Origin: Minisyncoccota bacterium
Lineage (GTDB): Bacteria; Patescibacteriota; Minisyncoccia; UBA6257; JAGOQP01
Length of the DNA: 64,000 bases
Assembly (NCBI GenBank): GCA_041674185.1
Contig: JBAYWE010000004.1
Coordinates: 186-64,185 of the forward strand
Direction: 5' to 3'
This document shows positions 27,102 to 37,148 of this stretch, piece after piece. How positions within the stretch are numbered: the first letter of the stretch is position 1; every line of letters begins with the position of its first letter. A program made the translations under genes and the position numbers. Below the pieces are notes generated by a model that ran no database searches, had not been told where the DNA came from, and saw nothing but the letters and a program-made list of their open reading frames with translations.

Positions 27102-29519
27102 TTAGAGCCCCCTTCTCCCAAAATCAATTAATGTCTTAATAACTGAATCAGGGCTCAGAGAAATACTTTCGATTCCTGCTTCGGCAATAAATTCCGCGAA
27201 TTGAGGGATGTCTGAGGGGGCTTGTCCGCAAATACCAATATATTTACCCTCTTTACGACATAACTTAATGATATCAGAAATCATACTCGTTACTGCAGTA
27301 TCGGTTTCGTTGCTAATGCTACGAATACGTTCATTTCCATCCCGATCAATTCCTAATAACAACTGCGTCAAATCATTTGACCCAATACTCATACCATCAA
27401 ATATTTCCAAAAATTCTTTGGCGCGAATAATATTTGCGGGAATTTCACACATCACGTACACTTTCAAATCGTCTTTTAATAATCCCGCTTTTTTGATAAG
27501 TGCCTTTACTTTCATTCCTTCTTGCGGTGTTCTACAAAATGGCACCATCACCTGCACATTCGTCAGTCCCATTTCCTGACGCACCTTTTTTATAGCCATG
27601 AGCTCAAGTGCAAATGCATCAGCAAAAAGTGGATGATAGTATCGAGAGGCCCCTCGCCATCCTAACATAGGATTTTCTTCGTGAGGTTCATACAGATCTC
27701 CTCCGAGTAATTCTCTATATTCATTTGTTTTAAAATCAGAAAATCTCACAATGACTGGCTTCGGATAAAAAGCGGCTCCAATTTTTGCAATACCATAGGC
27801 AAGTGTATCAACGTAATATTGTGTCTTATCAACATACCCCACCGTACGCGCTTCAATCTCTTTTACTAATTTTGCAGATGTACTATCATGCGTTTGCTTT
27901 TTAAATTTTTCGAAATTAATAAGAAGGTTTGGGTGTATGCCAATTTCTGACGCAATAATAAATTCTTCACGCGCAAGTCCGACTCCGCTATTAGGAATGA
28001 ATGATTTTTCGAATGCCGTATCGGGAGTTGCAATATTCATCATAATCTTCACCTTCGGTTTCTTCAGTTTCCCAAGGTTGTGTTCTTTCTTGATAAATTT
28101 TAAATCTCCGGCAAAAATGACCCCTTCACTTGCGGTGGTGTCAATTGTAACTATATCTCCCGTTTTTATCTTCTGAGTTGCATTAATACATCCAACGACA
28201 CAGGCAATTCCTAATTCCCGAGAGATAATAGCCGCATGTGAGGTACGCCCTCCTTTGTCAGTTATAATCCCTGAGGCAATTTTCATAATTGGTTCCCAAT
28301 CAGGATCCGTCATGTCGGTTACTAATATCTCCCCTTTCTTAAACTGATGGATATCTTTGGTATCTAAAATAACCCGAGCCTTACCAGAGACAATAGCACT
28401 CCCTACTGAGGCTCCTTTCGTAAGGACGACACCATCTTGCGTACGTTTATATTCAGTGAAATAACTAAAATCTTTTTCTGCCTGAACGGTCTCGGGGCGC
28501 GCTTGTACAATATATAGTTTCCCCGTTTCACCATCTTTTGCCCACTCCGTATCCATAGGGGTCCATTTTTTATGGACGGCAGAATAATGCTCTTCAATGA
28601 GCACTCCCCATTTTGCAAGCGTTATAATTTCCTTATCATTTAAAACAAAAGCATTTCGATCTTTTTCATCAACAGGAACAATCTTTGTTGGCACTGATCC
28701 CGTCGCATAAATCATTTTTTGTTCTTTCTTCCCTAATTTTTTACTGATAATGGGTACTAATTTTTTATCAGCGAGAAGTGGTTTGTAAACAATATATTCA
28801 TCAGGGATAACTTCCCCTTGCACAATCATTTCTCCTAATCCCCACGTCGCATTAATATTTACGACATCTTTGAATCCTGACTCTGTATCTACCGTAAACA
28901 TAATTCCTGACACTCCCAAATCTGAACGTACCATTTTTTGAACCCCCACTGAAAGTGCTATTTCCGTATGAGCAAATCCCTTGTCGTGTCGATACGATAT
29001 AGCCCGATCAGTAAACAAAGAGGCAATACATTTTTCCACTGCAATAATTAAATCATCTCCCCCTCGAATATTGAGAAATGTTTCTTGTTGTCCTGCAAAA
29101 GAGGCTCCGGGTAAATCCTCTGCCGTCGCTGAAGAACGTACTGCCACATCCACATTGCGTTTATATTGTTTTTCCATACGCCTATATGCCATACGAATCT
29201 CTGCTTCTAAATCTTCGGGCATATGTGCAGATATAACAGCTTCACGAATAAGTTTTCCTACATGTTGTAATTGCTTGAGATCTTTGGTGTCTAATCCTTT
29301 GAGCGTCTGCTCTATAAAATCTTTTAAAACAACATCCTTCACTCTCCCTTCAGTAATGAAATGTCTATAGGCACTTGCGGTTACCACAAATCCATCAGGA
29401 ATACGAACTCCTTTTGGCTCTAAGTGTTGAAACATTTCTCCAAGTGATGCGTTTTTTCCTCCGACTTCTGGAATATCGTTGATCGTGATATCACGAATCA
29501 ATTTAATAAATGGTTTCAT
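27102..29519 (-). CDS. ppsA: Phosphoenolpyruvate synthase (pyruvate, water dikinase)
   Basis: N-terminal ATP-grasp-like PEP-utilising domain (VGGKNASLGEM), phospho-His domain (GGRTSHAAIISRELGIACVVGC), C-terminal TIM-barrel. 805 aa. Confidence 0.85.
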   Translation of the reverse strand: MKPFIKLIRDITINDIPEVGGKNASLGEMFQHLEPKGVRIPDGFVVTASAYRHFITEGRVKDVVLKDFIEQTLKGLDTKDLKQLQHVGKLIREAVISAHMPEDLEAEIRMAYRRMEKQYKRNVDVAVRSSATAEDLPGASFAGQQETFLNIRGGDDLIIAVEKCIASLFTDRAISYRHDKGFAHTEIALSVGVQKMVRSDLGVSGIMFTVDTESGFKDVVNINATWGLGEMIVQGEVIPDEYIVYKPLLADKKLVPIISKKLGKKEQKMIYATGSVPTKIVPVDEKDRNAFVLNDKEIITLAKWGVLIEEHYSAVHKKWTPMDTEWAKDGETGKLYIVQARPETVQAEKDFSYFTEYKRTQDGVVLTKGASVGSAIVSGKARVILDTKDIHQFKKGEILVTDMTDPDWEPIMKIASGIITDKGGRTSHAAIISRELGIACVVGCINATQKIKTGDIVTIDTTASEGVIFAGDLKFIKKEHNLGKLKKPKVKIMMNIATPDTAFEKSFIPNSGVGLAREEFIIASEIGIHPNLLINFEKFKKQTHDSTSAKLVKEIEARTVGYVDKTQYYVDTLAYGIAKIGAAFYPKPVIVRFSDFKTNEYRELLGGDLYEPHEENPMLGWRGASRYYHPLFADAFALELMAIKKVRQEMGLTNVQVMVPFCRTPQEGMKVKALIKKAGLLKDDLKVYVMCEIPANIIRAKEFLEIFDGMSIGSNDLTQLLLGIDRDGNERIRSISNETDTAVTSMISDIIKLCRKEGKYIGICGQAPSDIPQFAEFIAEAGIESISLSPDSVIKTLIDFGRRGL

Positions 29520-29564
29520 AAAAAAGTTTTTTTCATTCTACCATATTTTTTCTCATAAGCATAT

Positions 29565-29591
29565 AAAAACTGCGGCTCGTCACCGCAGTTT
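29565..29591 (-). terminator. Terminator of the 29601..30452 gene (CTGCGG-TGACGAG-CCGCAG + T run on the minus strand)
   Basis: Hairpin with T run. Confidence 0.5.
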
Positions 29592-29600
29592 AGTAAAAAA

Positions 29601-30452
29601 TTAATATACATCACGTTTAATGAGATACATTTTGTCTTGATCACATTTTTTTAAGAAAGATGCATCATAAACAACGTCTTCTAAAATTTTTACAGACAAT
29701 CTACCCCTAACAAAGGAAATATCAATTGCTGTAGATTTTCCTGATGGATATTGAATACTATGGTAAAACCAGTTCCTTTCCTCTAGGCTAAAATACTTTC
29801 CCAAGAAATAGAGCATAAGACATGACGCAGGAATTGATAATCTTTCTATTTCTCCATCTTGCTTTTCAACAAGATCAACACCCCGCTTACTAAAATCAAT
29901 AAGATAATACCCCTTCCATTTTCTATAGAAGTCTTTGAGATCAAATACTCGCCGCAAACCTTCCGCTTCAGATTTATCTCTTTTATAAAGAGAGGAAAGA
30001 ATGGTGTCATCCTGACTGATAATATCTTCTTGAATCTGAGGAAACGTATATTCCTCACCCGAATCATTCTCAGGGATTTCAATCAAGCGGATGTCCCTCC
30101 CTTCTTTCTCATTCTGATCTTTTGCCCATAAGAGTGTCTCCTTAAAATATGGAATAAGATCGTAATTTAGACTTCTTATATTCTCCGAAGAAAGAGGTTT
30201 TTTGTAAAGAACGTGATTTTCTCCTAAAATTTTCTTCGCCATTTCAACGTTCTGATAAAACGGCAAATTAACAACTTTTCTCAACTCGTTTCGTGAGATT
30301 TCATCCCCATTTCCTATTACAAAACTCTTTACGAGATCCGAGATAAATCCGGACCCGAACAGCTTCTGTAATTTTTCCCTTTCATTAGACAAGGGGTTGA
30401 ATAGCTCGAGTAACTTTTGAGCTTGATTAAAGGTTCCCGGGTTGCTATCCAT
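29601..30452 (-). CDS. Hypothetical cytoplasmic protein (283 aa), no recognisable domain
   Basis: Complete ORF bracketed by its own terminator and the ppsA start. Confidence 0.45.
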   Translation of the reverse strand: MDSNPGTFNQAQKLLELFNPLSNEREKLQKLFGSGFISDLVKSFVIGNGDEISRNELRKVVNLPFYQNVEMAKKILGENHVLYKKPLSSENIRSLNYDLIPYFKETLLWAKDQNEKEGRDIRLIEIPENDSGEEYTFPQIQEDIISQDDTILSSLYKRDKSEAEGLRRVFDLKDFYRKWKGYYLIDFSKRGVDLVEKQDGEIERLSIPASCLMLYFLGKYFSLEERNWFYHSIQYPSGKSTAIDISFVRGRLSVKILEDVVYDASFLKKCDQDKMYLIKRDVY

Positions 30453-30566
30453 AGCAAGTCCTCCTTAATTAATTTATAAATGTTCGTTGGTGCGGGGGTT
30501 TTGTATATTTTTATATACCGTCCGCGTGTTTATACGCTACCACGTTTCTATAAAAAAACAATATAA

Positions 30567-30605
30567 TAAAACATTCTCACATTCTTGAGAATGTGAGAAT
30601 GTTTT
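30567..30605. terminator. Perfect 15-bp palindromic hairpin terminator (AACATTCTCACATTC-TTGA-GAATGTGAGAATGTT)
   Basis: Downstream of the glycosyltransferase gene, flanked by A/T runs. Confidence 0.65.
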
Positions 30606-30659
30606 GTGATGAATTATTATCAAAACTCTAGTTTCTGATCCCTATCCCCTAATTCCTCC

Positions 30660-32186
30660 TTACTTCCCCCTGTGTTTTGGCGTCACCCAAAAATCCAATC
30701 GCCATCTTCCTGAAATTGCGAGGCGTGTTTGCGCATCAATTGCGGGAAGTGCACCAAACACCGTCAGCGTAATCGGCATAAGCAACCATGAGATGAAATA
30801 ATAAAAATAGTGATACCATCGAAACCCTTGTGGTTTCGGAGGAAGTAAAAACAAACTCAATGCCGCGGTAGTCACAATACCAAATGATGCACCGGTAAGA
30901 ATCCACTGCGTTATGTTGGGTAAATTATATGCAAGTAAGGTAATGCGAAACCCTTGCCCCCCCATAAGGATTGGAAGCCACCCCAATGCAAAAATCATAA
31001 TGGAATTTGTCGCCCATGAATGAAATCCCTCTAAAATATTAAATTTCCAAAATAATTTTTGAAAAAAGGAAATCTTTTTATTTTCTTTAAAAGCAGAAAA
31101 AAGATACGCAATATTTTCTGATCCCCATGCCCAGCGACGTTGTTGTTTATATAAATTAAGCATAGTTCCCCAGAATGACTTTGCTAGATTTGCATCCATA
31201 GACACTGGATAGAATAAGGGAACGGTACGCCAATCACCATCATACCGCACCAAACATTGAAAAAAGACTCGAGAATCTTCAGATACAATATCTTTATGCC
31301 AGAATCCAATATCAATCAGTGCTTGATAGGGCATTGAGTGAGAAGAGAATGTGACGAGTTTTTCTGGCGTTGATTGCTGCATCAGATGCCAAAATGTTCC
31401 GGAGAATCCAATAATACGAGAGAGAGCGGGAACCTCAAATACATTGTTCAAGAAGAACGGTACGGGCTGATAACTTGAACGGAGCGGTTTTTCTGTGGTT
31501 AAAAATGTATAGGTGAGCACTCCGAAGTAATCGGGATAAATCTGAGTATCCACGTCAAATACCGAAGCGATAATATCAGTATAGGCGAGGGCACGAGGAT
31601 CTATAACTTGTTTTCTCATCTCTTCTGCCATCCATGACTCGTTTGAACTTTTCCCTGGTTTTTCTCCCGGAAGATTTGCGGGATGAGTAGTGATAATAAG
31701 CGCTCCAAATGAATCTTTGAACTCTTTATATATTTTCTCCCCCGTCTCTTGTGCCGATACCCCTGCTTTTTCTTCCAATCCAAGCGCTACTAAAAATTTA
31801 TCGTGGGAATAGTTTGATTGAGATAATCTATGAAATGTTTCCCGTACCACTTCGTATTCTTCGCTATACATAGGCAAAAGAATAACGTGATATATACCTT
31901 CCCATTTTTGCCGCGTTCTTTCTTCGAACTTTAGCTTTTCTAACCAATTTATAGCAAGATTTTTCTTTAGCTTCTTATAACTACTTTGTAGATATACCGC
32001 AAAATATACTGTCTTCAAAAACCAATACACGTCAAATAAAATGATAAAAATAGCAACCACTGCGGGAACAAGAAATGAAAGTCCCACCATTAAAACAAAT
32101 GTACCCCACACAAGAAGTGCGGGGACAATTTCCATCCATCGGTAATATCCAGATTCTTTATGTATCATATCAATAGTATGTACCAT
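30660..32186 (-). CDS. Membrane glycosyltransferase family 2 (processive beta-glycan synthase-like, QxxRW motif)
   Basis: N-terminal TMs, GT-A catalytic region, QQRRWAWG motif, C-terminal TM bundle. Confidence 0.65.
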   Translation of the reverse strand: MVHTIDMIHKESGYYRWMEIVPALLVWGTFVLMVGLSFLVPAVVAIFIILFDVYWFLKTVYFAVYLQSSYKKLKKNLAINWLEKLKFEERTRQKWEGIYHVILLPMYSEEYEVVRETFHRLSQSNYSHDKFLVALGLEEKAGVSAQETGEKIYKEFKDSFGALIITTHPANLPGEKPGKSSNESWMAEEMRKQVIDPRALAYTDIIASVFDVDTQIYPDYFGVLTYTFLTTEKPLRSSYQPVPFFLNNVFEVPALSRIIGFSGTFWHLMQQSTPEKLVTFSSHSMPYQALIDIGFWHKDIVSEDSRVFFQCLVRYDGDWRTVPLFYPVSMDANLAKSFWGTMLNLYKQQRRWAWGSENIAYLFSAFKENKKISFFQKLFWKFNILEGFHSWATNSIMIFALGWLPILMGGQGFRITLLAYNLPNITQWILTGASFGIVTTAALSLFLLPPKPQGFRWYHYFYYFISWLLMPITLTVFGALPAIDAQTRLAISGRWRLDFWVTPKHRGK

Positions 32187-32276
32187 CGTATGGCAGAACC
32201 ACCGTAAAAGTCAACTCAACAACCCATACTCACCCAATATAAAAATATGAAATTACGTATCCTTGTAATTCTTACG

Positions 32277-32311
32277 AAAAACACAGAGAATACCCATTCT
32301 CTGTGTTTTTT
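32277..32311. terminator. Terminator hairpin (AAAAACACAGAGAA-TACCC-ATTCTCTGTGTTTTTT)
   Basis: Downstream of 32339..32875. Confidence 0.65.
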
Positions 32312-32338
32312 ATACACCAGCCACCAATTCAAAGAAAA

Positions 32339-32875
32339 TTATATATGCTGTGTAGGAAGTGTTTGAATAGCGCGTGTTAATCTATACAACGAATATATCA
32401 GAAGACCGAAACTAACAAGACTTATAATAGTCCCCCCAATATATAGAAGCGTCATAGAGACCCCTCCTGCGATAATACCAAGAAGTGGAGCTATAAAAAT
32501 TCCTCCACACGCCCAACACCCCGCTCCTAATGCGCCCCCCACTAATGCAAGAACTCCCCGAATTCCAGATGTGGCGATAACTCGTATTGTTTTTGCATGA
32601 CGAAGATAATATATACTCAGAGAAACCATCACTCCCCATAGAAGAGATATTCCTATACTGGTTATACTCGCAACCCATCCTCCCACTGTGTACGTTCCCT
32701 GTAACAAGATATGAAGTACAGCAGGAATTGTTTGCACAACGTGAGAAGAAGTAAGAAGAGCTATAATTAAAGACGAATGGATAGAGAAAGAAATAATTCC
32801 ATATCCCACCAGAGCACCTCCTATGGTACAACCTATGTATAGTGGTCTTCGTAAGATCCTTATAACGCTCTTCAT
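32339..32875 (-). CDS. Polytopic membrane protein, hypothetical
   Basis: Gly/Ala-rich TM helices. The alternative overlapping frame 32412..32894 was rejected. Confidence 0.45.
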   Translation of the reverse strand: MKSVIRILRRPLYIGCTIGGALVGYGIISFSIHSSLIIALLTSSHVVQTIPAVLHILLQGTYTVGGWVASITSIGISLLWGVMVSLSIYYLRHAKTIRVIATSGIRGVLALVGGALGAGCWACGGIFIAPLLGIIAGGVSMTLLYIGGTIISLVSFGLLIYSLYRLTRAIQTLPTQHI

Positions 32876-32896
32876 ACAACAAATACTCTAACAAAA

Positions 32897-33691
32897 TTAA
32901 TTCTCTAGCAATGCACTATCAATAACAGAGCTTACTCCAGTTGCGTCCTGTGCTCCATTGATAACAAATGTTTTTCCATTTTGTGCAACAACGACGCTAT
33001 GAGGTGTTCCTTGTACACCAATTTTAACAGCATCTTGTTGTTGTTTTTGAATTTTCTGTGCAAAATCATTCTTTGCCACACAAGCAGAAAAATCTTTTAC
33101 ATTTAATCCAACAAATGATGCAATATTTGGTAATTCTTTTGCATCAAGTCCGTCGTTAGAAGTCGTTATGGTATATACTCGATTTACAAATTTCCAAAAT
33201 GCTTCATTCCCTCCCAATTTTCCTGCACACTCTAAAGCTTGTGCTTCAGGAAGAGCTTTTTTGTGAATATTGGTAAGGGGAAAATGTCTAAAGACAACGG
33301 CAAGTTTCTTATCTTTTCCATAGGTACTCATAACCGTGTTCAGTGTTTCATCAAATTTCTTACAAAAAGGACATTCTAAATCTGTAAACAAAACCAATTT
33401 TACAGGAGCCTGAGGATCTCCCCATACATAATCGTCTGATTGTATAGAAAGAATCTCTTGTGTTTCTGCCTCACTTGCTGTTCCTCCAGTTGGTGCGGGC
33501 GCAACAGCTCCATTCGCATCTCCTCCTGTATTTACAATGGGTTGAATAATACTTCCTGCATACAAAACACAAACCCCCACGATAATTGCTCCCAAAATAA
33601 TAGAAGCACTTACCATAAGTGTATTTTTGTTCTGTACCTTTTCAAATGAGCGTTCTGCTCTCATTACATCGTGTTGTGTGTGTTGATCCAT
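32897..33691 (-). CDS. Thiol:disulfide oxidoreductase, DsbA/thioredoxin-like (CPFC active site)
   Basis: N-terminal TM anchor. FTDLECPFCKKF CxxC motif. Confidence 0.7.
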   Translation of the reverse strand: MDQHTQHDVMRAERSFEKVQNKNTLMVSASIILGAIIVGVCVLYAGSIIQPIVNTGGDANGAVAPAPTGGTASEAETQEILSIQSDDYVWGDPQAPVKLVLFTDLECPFCKKFDETLNTVMSTYGKDKKLAVVFRHFPLTNIHKKALPEAQALECAGKLGGNEAFWKFVNRVYTITTSNDGLDAKELPNIASFVGLNVKDFSACVAKNDFAQKIQKQQQDAVKIGVQGTPHSVVVAQNGKTFVINGAQDATGVSSVIDSALLEN

Positions 33692-33789
33692 AAATTAAAT
33701 GATTACTTATGAGTGTTTATAATAGCACACCTAATTTTTTTTTGATACGCAAACACTCTTGTGCGAAGAGTGTTTGTTTTAGTGATGTA

Positions 33790-34449
33790 TTAATTTTGGG
33801 AAACCTGAATTGTTTCTCTGGGACTAGAATCAAGTTTTTTTAATAATTGTTTATATATAAACAGGGTGGCCATAAATACGACAGCCCCCGCAGGAATAGA
33901 ACCAACACCAAATATAATAAAACCAATCATGTATACCACCATACTAACAATCCAAAATGAAAACAGTTTCCATTTATTTCCATCGGTAAGACGAGCACTT
34001 GTCTGTAAAGCTTCTTTTGCATTCATCTGTTTATCAATAACCAACCACGAACAAAACTGATATTTAATCGTCCACACAAATCCAGGAATAATCAGAAGAA
34101 TAAATCCCCCCATCATAATGAGTATGTATACTATCATCGTCCATAGATAGGACCCCATTCTATTTCCTTTTAATACAAATAATTCTTTCAATGAAGTTGG
34201 TTCTTCACGATGTAGTTTGAGTGCGATACGCATTGCACCCATAATAAGAAAGATTTGTATTATAATTGTTCCTCCGTCCACAAGAGTAGCAATCCACGAA
34301 AGATCTTGATTAGTAAGATGTTGAGAAAGCAGGGAAAGCACAAAACCTAAACCAAATATTAATGCAAAAACTTCCAACAACAACCATGTATTTTTTTTAA
34401 GCATATCCCATCCGTATGAAAATGCCTCTCGTATAGAAAATGTAATCAT
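33790..34449 (-). CDS. Polytopic membrane protein, hypothetical
   Basis: Six predicted TM segments. Confidence 0.4.
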   Translation of the reverse strand: MITFSIREAFSYGWDMLKKNTWLLLEVFALIFGLGFVLSLLSQHLTNQDLSWIATLVDGGTIIIQIFLIMGAMRIALKLHREEPTSLKELFVLKGNRMGSYLWTMIVYILIMMGGFILLIIPGFVWTIKYQFCSWLVIDKQMNAKEALQTSARLTDGNKWKLFSFWIVSMVVYMIGFIIFGVGSIPAGAVVFMATLFIYKQLLKKLDSSPRETIQVSQN

Positions 34450-34556
34450 ATCTTATAGTATATAAGAAAACACACCACAGTAAAAGTATTCCCAGAGAAT
34501 AACTATCCCCACCCGAGCACTTCCCATATCATATTTAAAATTCTATTATAAGTACC

Positions 34557-35486
34557 ATGATTAATAATATTTTTATTTTTGTCGTCGCTTTGTTCTTTGT
34601 ATTGCGAGGAGCAACACTCGCTACAAAATATGCCGCAAAACTTGCAGAAAGCTATCACTTATCAAAATATACCGTTGGTTTTATTATTATAGCTATTATA
34701 TCAATTCTTCCTGAAACTCTTATCTCACTTAACTCAGCTCTCGAAGGAATGCCCTCTTTTGGACTCGGTATGCTTTTTGGTTCAAATATCGCTGATCTCA
34801 CCCTTATTTTTGCCATCATTACATTTTTTGCGGGAAGAGATTTAAAAATTGAAAGTAAAATTTTAAAAAATCAAACCATATACCCTTTTCTTCTTATCAT
34901 ACCCCTTATTCTTGGTCTCGATGGAAAGTTTTCTCGCATCGAAGGAATTGCACTTATTATCGCGGGAGGAGTCTTTTATTATATGGCTCTCAAAAGAGAT
35001 CACAGTGACGTCGTTGCAGAACATACACATAATGGAAGGTTTAAAAATTTCTCTATGCTTATTTTGAGTATGGTACTTATGCTTATTGGATCACATTTTA
35101 CCGTTACATCCGCAACAGACCTTGCTCATACATTAGGAATAAATCCCATACTCATTGGTATGCTTGTGGTGGGATTAGGAACAACAATACCAGAATTATT
35201 TTTCTCAATGAAATCAGTCAAAGCAAAAGATGACTCTCTGGCTATTGGAGATGTACTGGGGACGGTACTTGCAGATGCAACCATTGTGGTAGGACTTCTT
35301 GCGTTAGTGAACCCATTTTCATTTCCACAAAAAATTATTTACATCACGGGTATTTTCATGGTTGCGGCATCGTTGATACTATTTCATTTTATGCGCTCAG
35401 GAAAAAATATCTCCAAACGAGAGGCGTATATACTTCTTATGTTCTGGGTTGTTTTTGTATTAGTAGAGTTTATTGCAAATAGTTAG
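34557..35486 (+). CDS. Sodium/calcium exchanger (CaCA / YrbG-like) membrane protein
   Basis: Two alpha-repeats (GSNIADLTLIFAI and GDVLGTVLADATIVVGLLAL). Confidence 0.7.
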   Translation: MINNIFIFVVALFFVLRGATLATKYAAKLAESYHLSKYTVGFIIIAIISILPETLISLNSALEGMPSFGLGMLFGSNIADLTLIFAIITFFAGRDLKIESKILKNQTIYPFLLIIPLILGLDGKFSRIEGIALIIAGGVFYYMALKRDHSDVVAEHTHNGRFKNFSMLILSMVLMLIGSHFTVTSATDLAHTLGINPILIGMLVVGLGTTIPELFFSMKSVKAKDDSLAIGDVLGTVLADATIVVGLLALVNPFSFPQKIIYITGIFMVAASLILFHFMRSGKNISKREAYILLMFWVVFVLVEFIANS

Positions 35487-35494
35487 ACTCTAAA

Positions 35495-35719
35495 CGCAAA
35501 CATTAAATCCTAATCCACCGGGAATTTCACATCGCACTTCGTGCTCTTTAGAAACCCTGCCTACCGGTAGGCAGGCCTCGGTTTCTAACATCCTTCGAAT
35601 TGTTTTCCTACACGGGGAACTACAAGTTCCCCGACCCCCTCCGATTCAAATCCCGCGCGAGATCTTTCATCATATAAAATAAAAATATCCCTACTAGCGT
35701 AAGGATATTTTTATTTGTG
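35495..35719 (-). repeat. tRNA-3'-end-linked element, divergent copy E (attached to tRNA-Glu)
   Basis: Read on the minus strand after tRNA-Glu. A terminator hairpin (AAAATATCC...GGATATTTT) comes first. CGGGATTTGAA follows, which is the reverse complement of the tRNA-Glu T-arm. The 20-bp palindrome sits inside the inverted repeats TTAGAAACC/GGTTTCTAA. The degenerate duplicate of the tRNA-Glu 3' end (AAATTCCCGGTGG) closes the copy. Confidence 0.5.
35556..35575. repeat. 20-bp perfect palindrome CCTGCCTACCGGTAGGCAGG (copy 2 of 4)
   Basis: Exact palindrome flanked by the extra inverted repeats TTAGAAACC/GGTTTCTAA. Confidence 0.9.
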
Positions 35720-35793
35720 TGACCCCACCGGGATTTGAACCCGGGTTACAGGAATGAAAATCCTGTGTCCTGACCAGGCTAGACGATAGGGCC
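35720..35793 (-). tRNA. tRNA-Glu (anticodon TTC)
   Basis: Acceptor GGCCCTA/TGGGGTC, D-stem GTCT/GGAC, anticodon stem CAGGA/TCCTG with loop TTTTCAT, T-arm CCGGG-TTCAAAT-CCCGG, discriminator A. No encoded CCA. Confidence 0.75.
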
Positions 35794-36080
35794 ATCAAAA
35801 TTTTCTTTCGAAAATTTAATTTCAAATAACTCATTTCCAATTTCTCATGCAAAATTCTTTAGAGGCGCTAAAAAGATCATTGCTGATCTGAGTGAGCAAC
35901 TAAATAATAACAGTAAGGTTGTAACTTCTATCTCCATCCACACAATTGAATGGCGTGGATTACTCCACGCCATTATTTAAGCAAAAAAAGTTGTAACAAT
36001 CAAGCACGAAAGAGAGATGGGGAGTAAATAGTTATTGTTTACGAGTTAGTAATTCACAACGCACACTTCAGTACCCACCG

Positions 36081-36302
36081 TTATTTTTCAACATGCACCT
36101 GCGAAGGTTTCGGCACAATAAATAATGCAACAATATAAGCAACAACGAATGGTAAAACACCAGTCGCAAATGCAACAAATACAAATAAGACACGAATCAC
36201 CACAGGATCAATATCAAAATATTCTCCAATTCCCCCGAGTATCCCTGCAATTACTTTATTTTCTTTTGAACGATATAATTTTTTCATAGTAGTATATTCC
36301 AT
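36081..36302 (-). CDS. PspC-domain membrane protein
   Basis: 73 aa. VIAGILGGIGEYFDIDPVVIRVLFV matches the PspC domain consensus. Confidence 0.7.
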   Translation of the reverse strand: MEYTTMKKLYRSKENKVIAGILGGIGEYFDIDPVVIRVLFVFVAFATGVLPFVVAYIVALFIVPKPSQVHVEK

Positions 36303-36365
36303 AAAATATACCCCCTATTATATAAAAAATAAAGGGTTGCGTGTATACATCGCAACCCCCCACCC

Positions 36366-36926
36366 CTATTTTTCTCGAATTCTAAATTCAAAATCAATCC
36401 AAGAAATAAGGGATTCTGAAAATTTTTGACGAAGAATAAACATCCTCTTATCCCCCTGTCGAATTTCAACATCCCATATAATGTCGTTCAATCTATATGA
36501 TGTCTTAAATTTTTTAAAGGGTATCTTAAATTCCGGAGACATAAGAGCCGCATTCACAGTCGACAAAGCAAAATCTCCTGTCATAATTTCAGTTTTGTTA
36601 TTTTGAGGATAACAAAACCGATTAATCTTTGAAAAGTTAATGACTTTCTTCTCTCTTTGCTCATAGAGAAATTGAGCACAATATCCAGAGACGGTACACT
36701 GTTCCAATATATGTAATTGAGAAAGCATCTCAGGATTAATTCTTTGACTTTCTGTTTGAGGACCATATTCTAAACGATCCCGTTCATTTCTCTTTTCTAT
36801 GAACTCATGAAACTTTTCTTGGACGGTTTTTTCAGGGACCGGACCTTTTTTGATATCTGCAACCATTTCTTTCCTCGTCTTGTGTATAAATAATATATTA
36901 ATTTTCTGGACATACAATACAAACAA
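36366..36926 (-). CDS. Hypothetical protein (186 aa)
   Basis: Complete ORF. No recognisable motif. Confidence 0.4.
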   Translation of the reverse strand: MFVLYVQKINILFIHKTRKEMVADIKKGPVPEKTVQEKFHEFIEKRNERDRLEYGPQTESQRINPEMLSQLHILEQCTVSGYCAQFLYEQREKKVINFSKINRFCYPQNNKTEIMTGDFALSTVNAALMSPEFKIPFKKFKTSYRLNDIIWDVEIRQGDKRMFILRQKFSESLISWIDFEFRIREK

Positions 36927-36966
36927 AAAATGCTTTGGTCAAGCATTTTTTGTTTGTATGATTATG

Positions 36967-37049
36967 TGCTCGGAGTGGGACTCGAACCCACATGACCTTG
37001 CGATCACAACATTTTAAGTGTTGCGCGTATACCATTCCGCCATCCGAGC
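36967..37049 (-). tRNA. tRNA-Leu (anticodon TAA)
   Basis: Acceptor GCTCGGA/TCCGAGC, anticodon stem CAACA/TGTTG with loop CTTAAAA, long variable arm (TGATCGCAAGGTCA), T-loop TTCGAGT, discriminator A. Confidence 0.8.
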
Positions 37050-37148
37050 TACGTTTTGTATTCAAGCATTATTTAATTATATTTTCAACTCCCGCGCTAC
37101 ACATTCTCACATTCTCAAGAGTGCGAAAATGTTCTTTTGTTATTTTTG

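Noticed and set aside
32412-32894. A 160-aa ORF overlapping 32339..32875 in another frame
   Set aside because: It is Cys/Ser/Tyr-rich and of low complexity. The hydrophobic membrane-protein frame is the plausible coding frame.
33749-33782. Hairpin CAAACACTCTT-GTGCGAA-GAGTGTTTG as a terminator
   Set aside because: The T run lies on the plus strand, but both flanking genes are on the minus strand and no plus-strand gene precedes it. It is more likely an upstream regulatory hairpin, or it may have no function.
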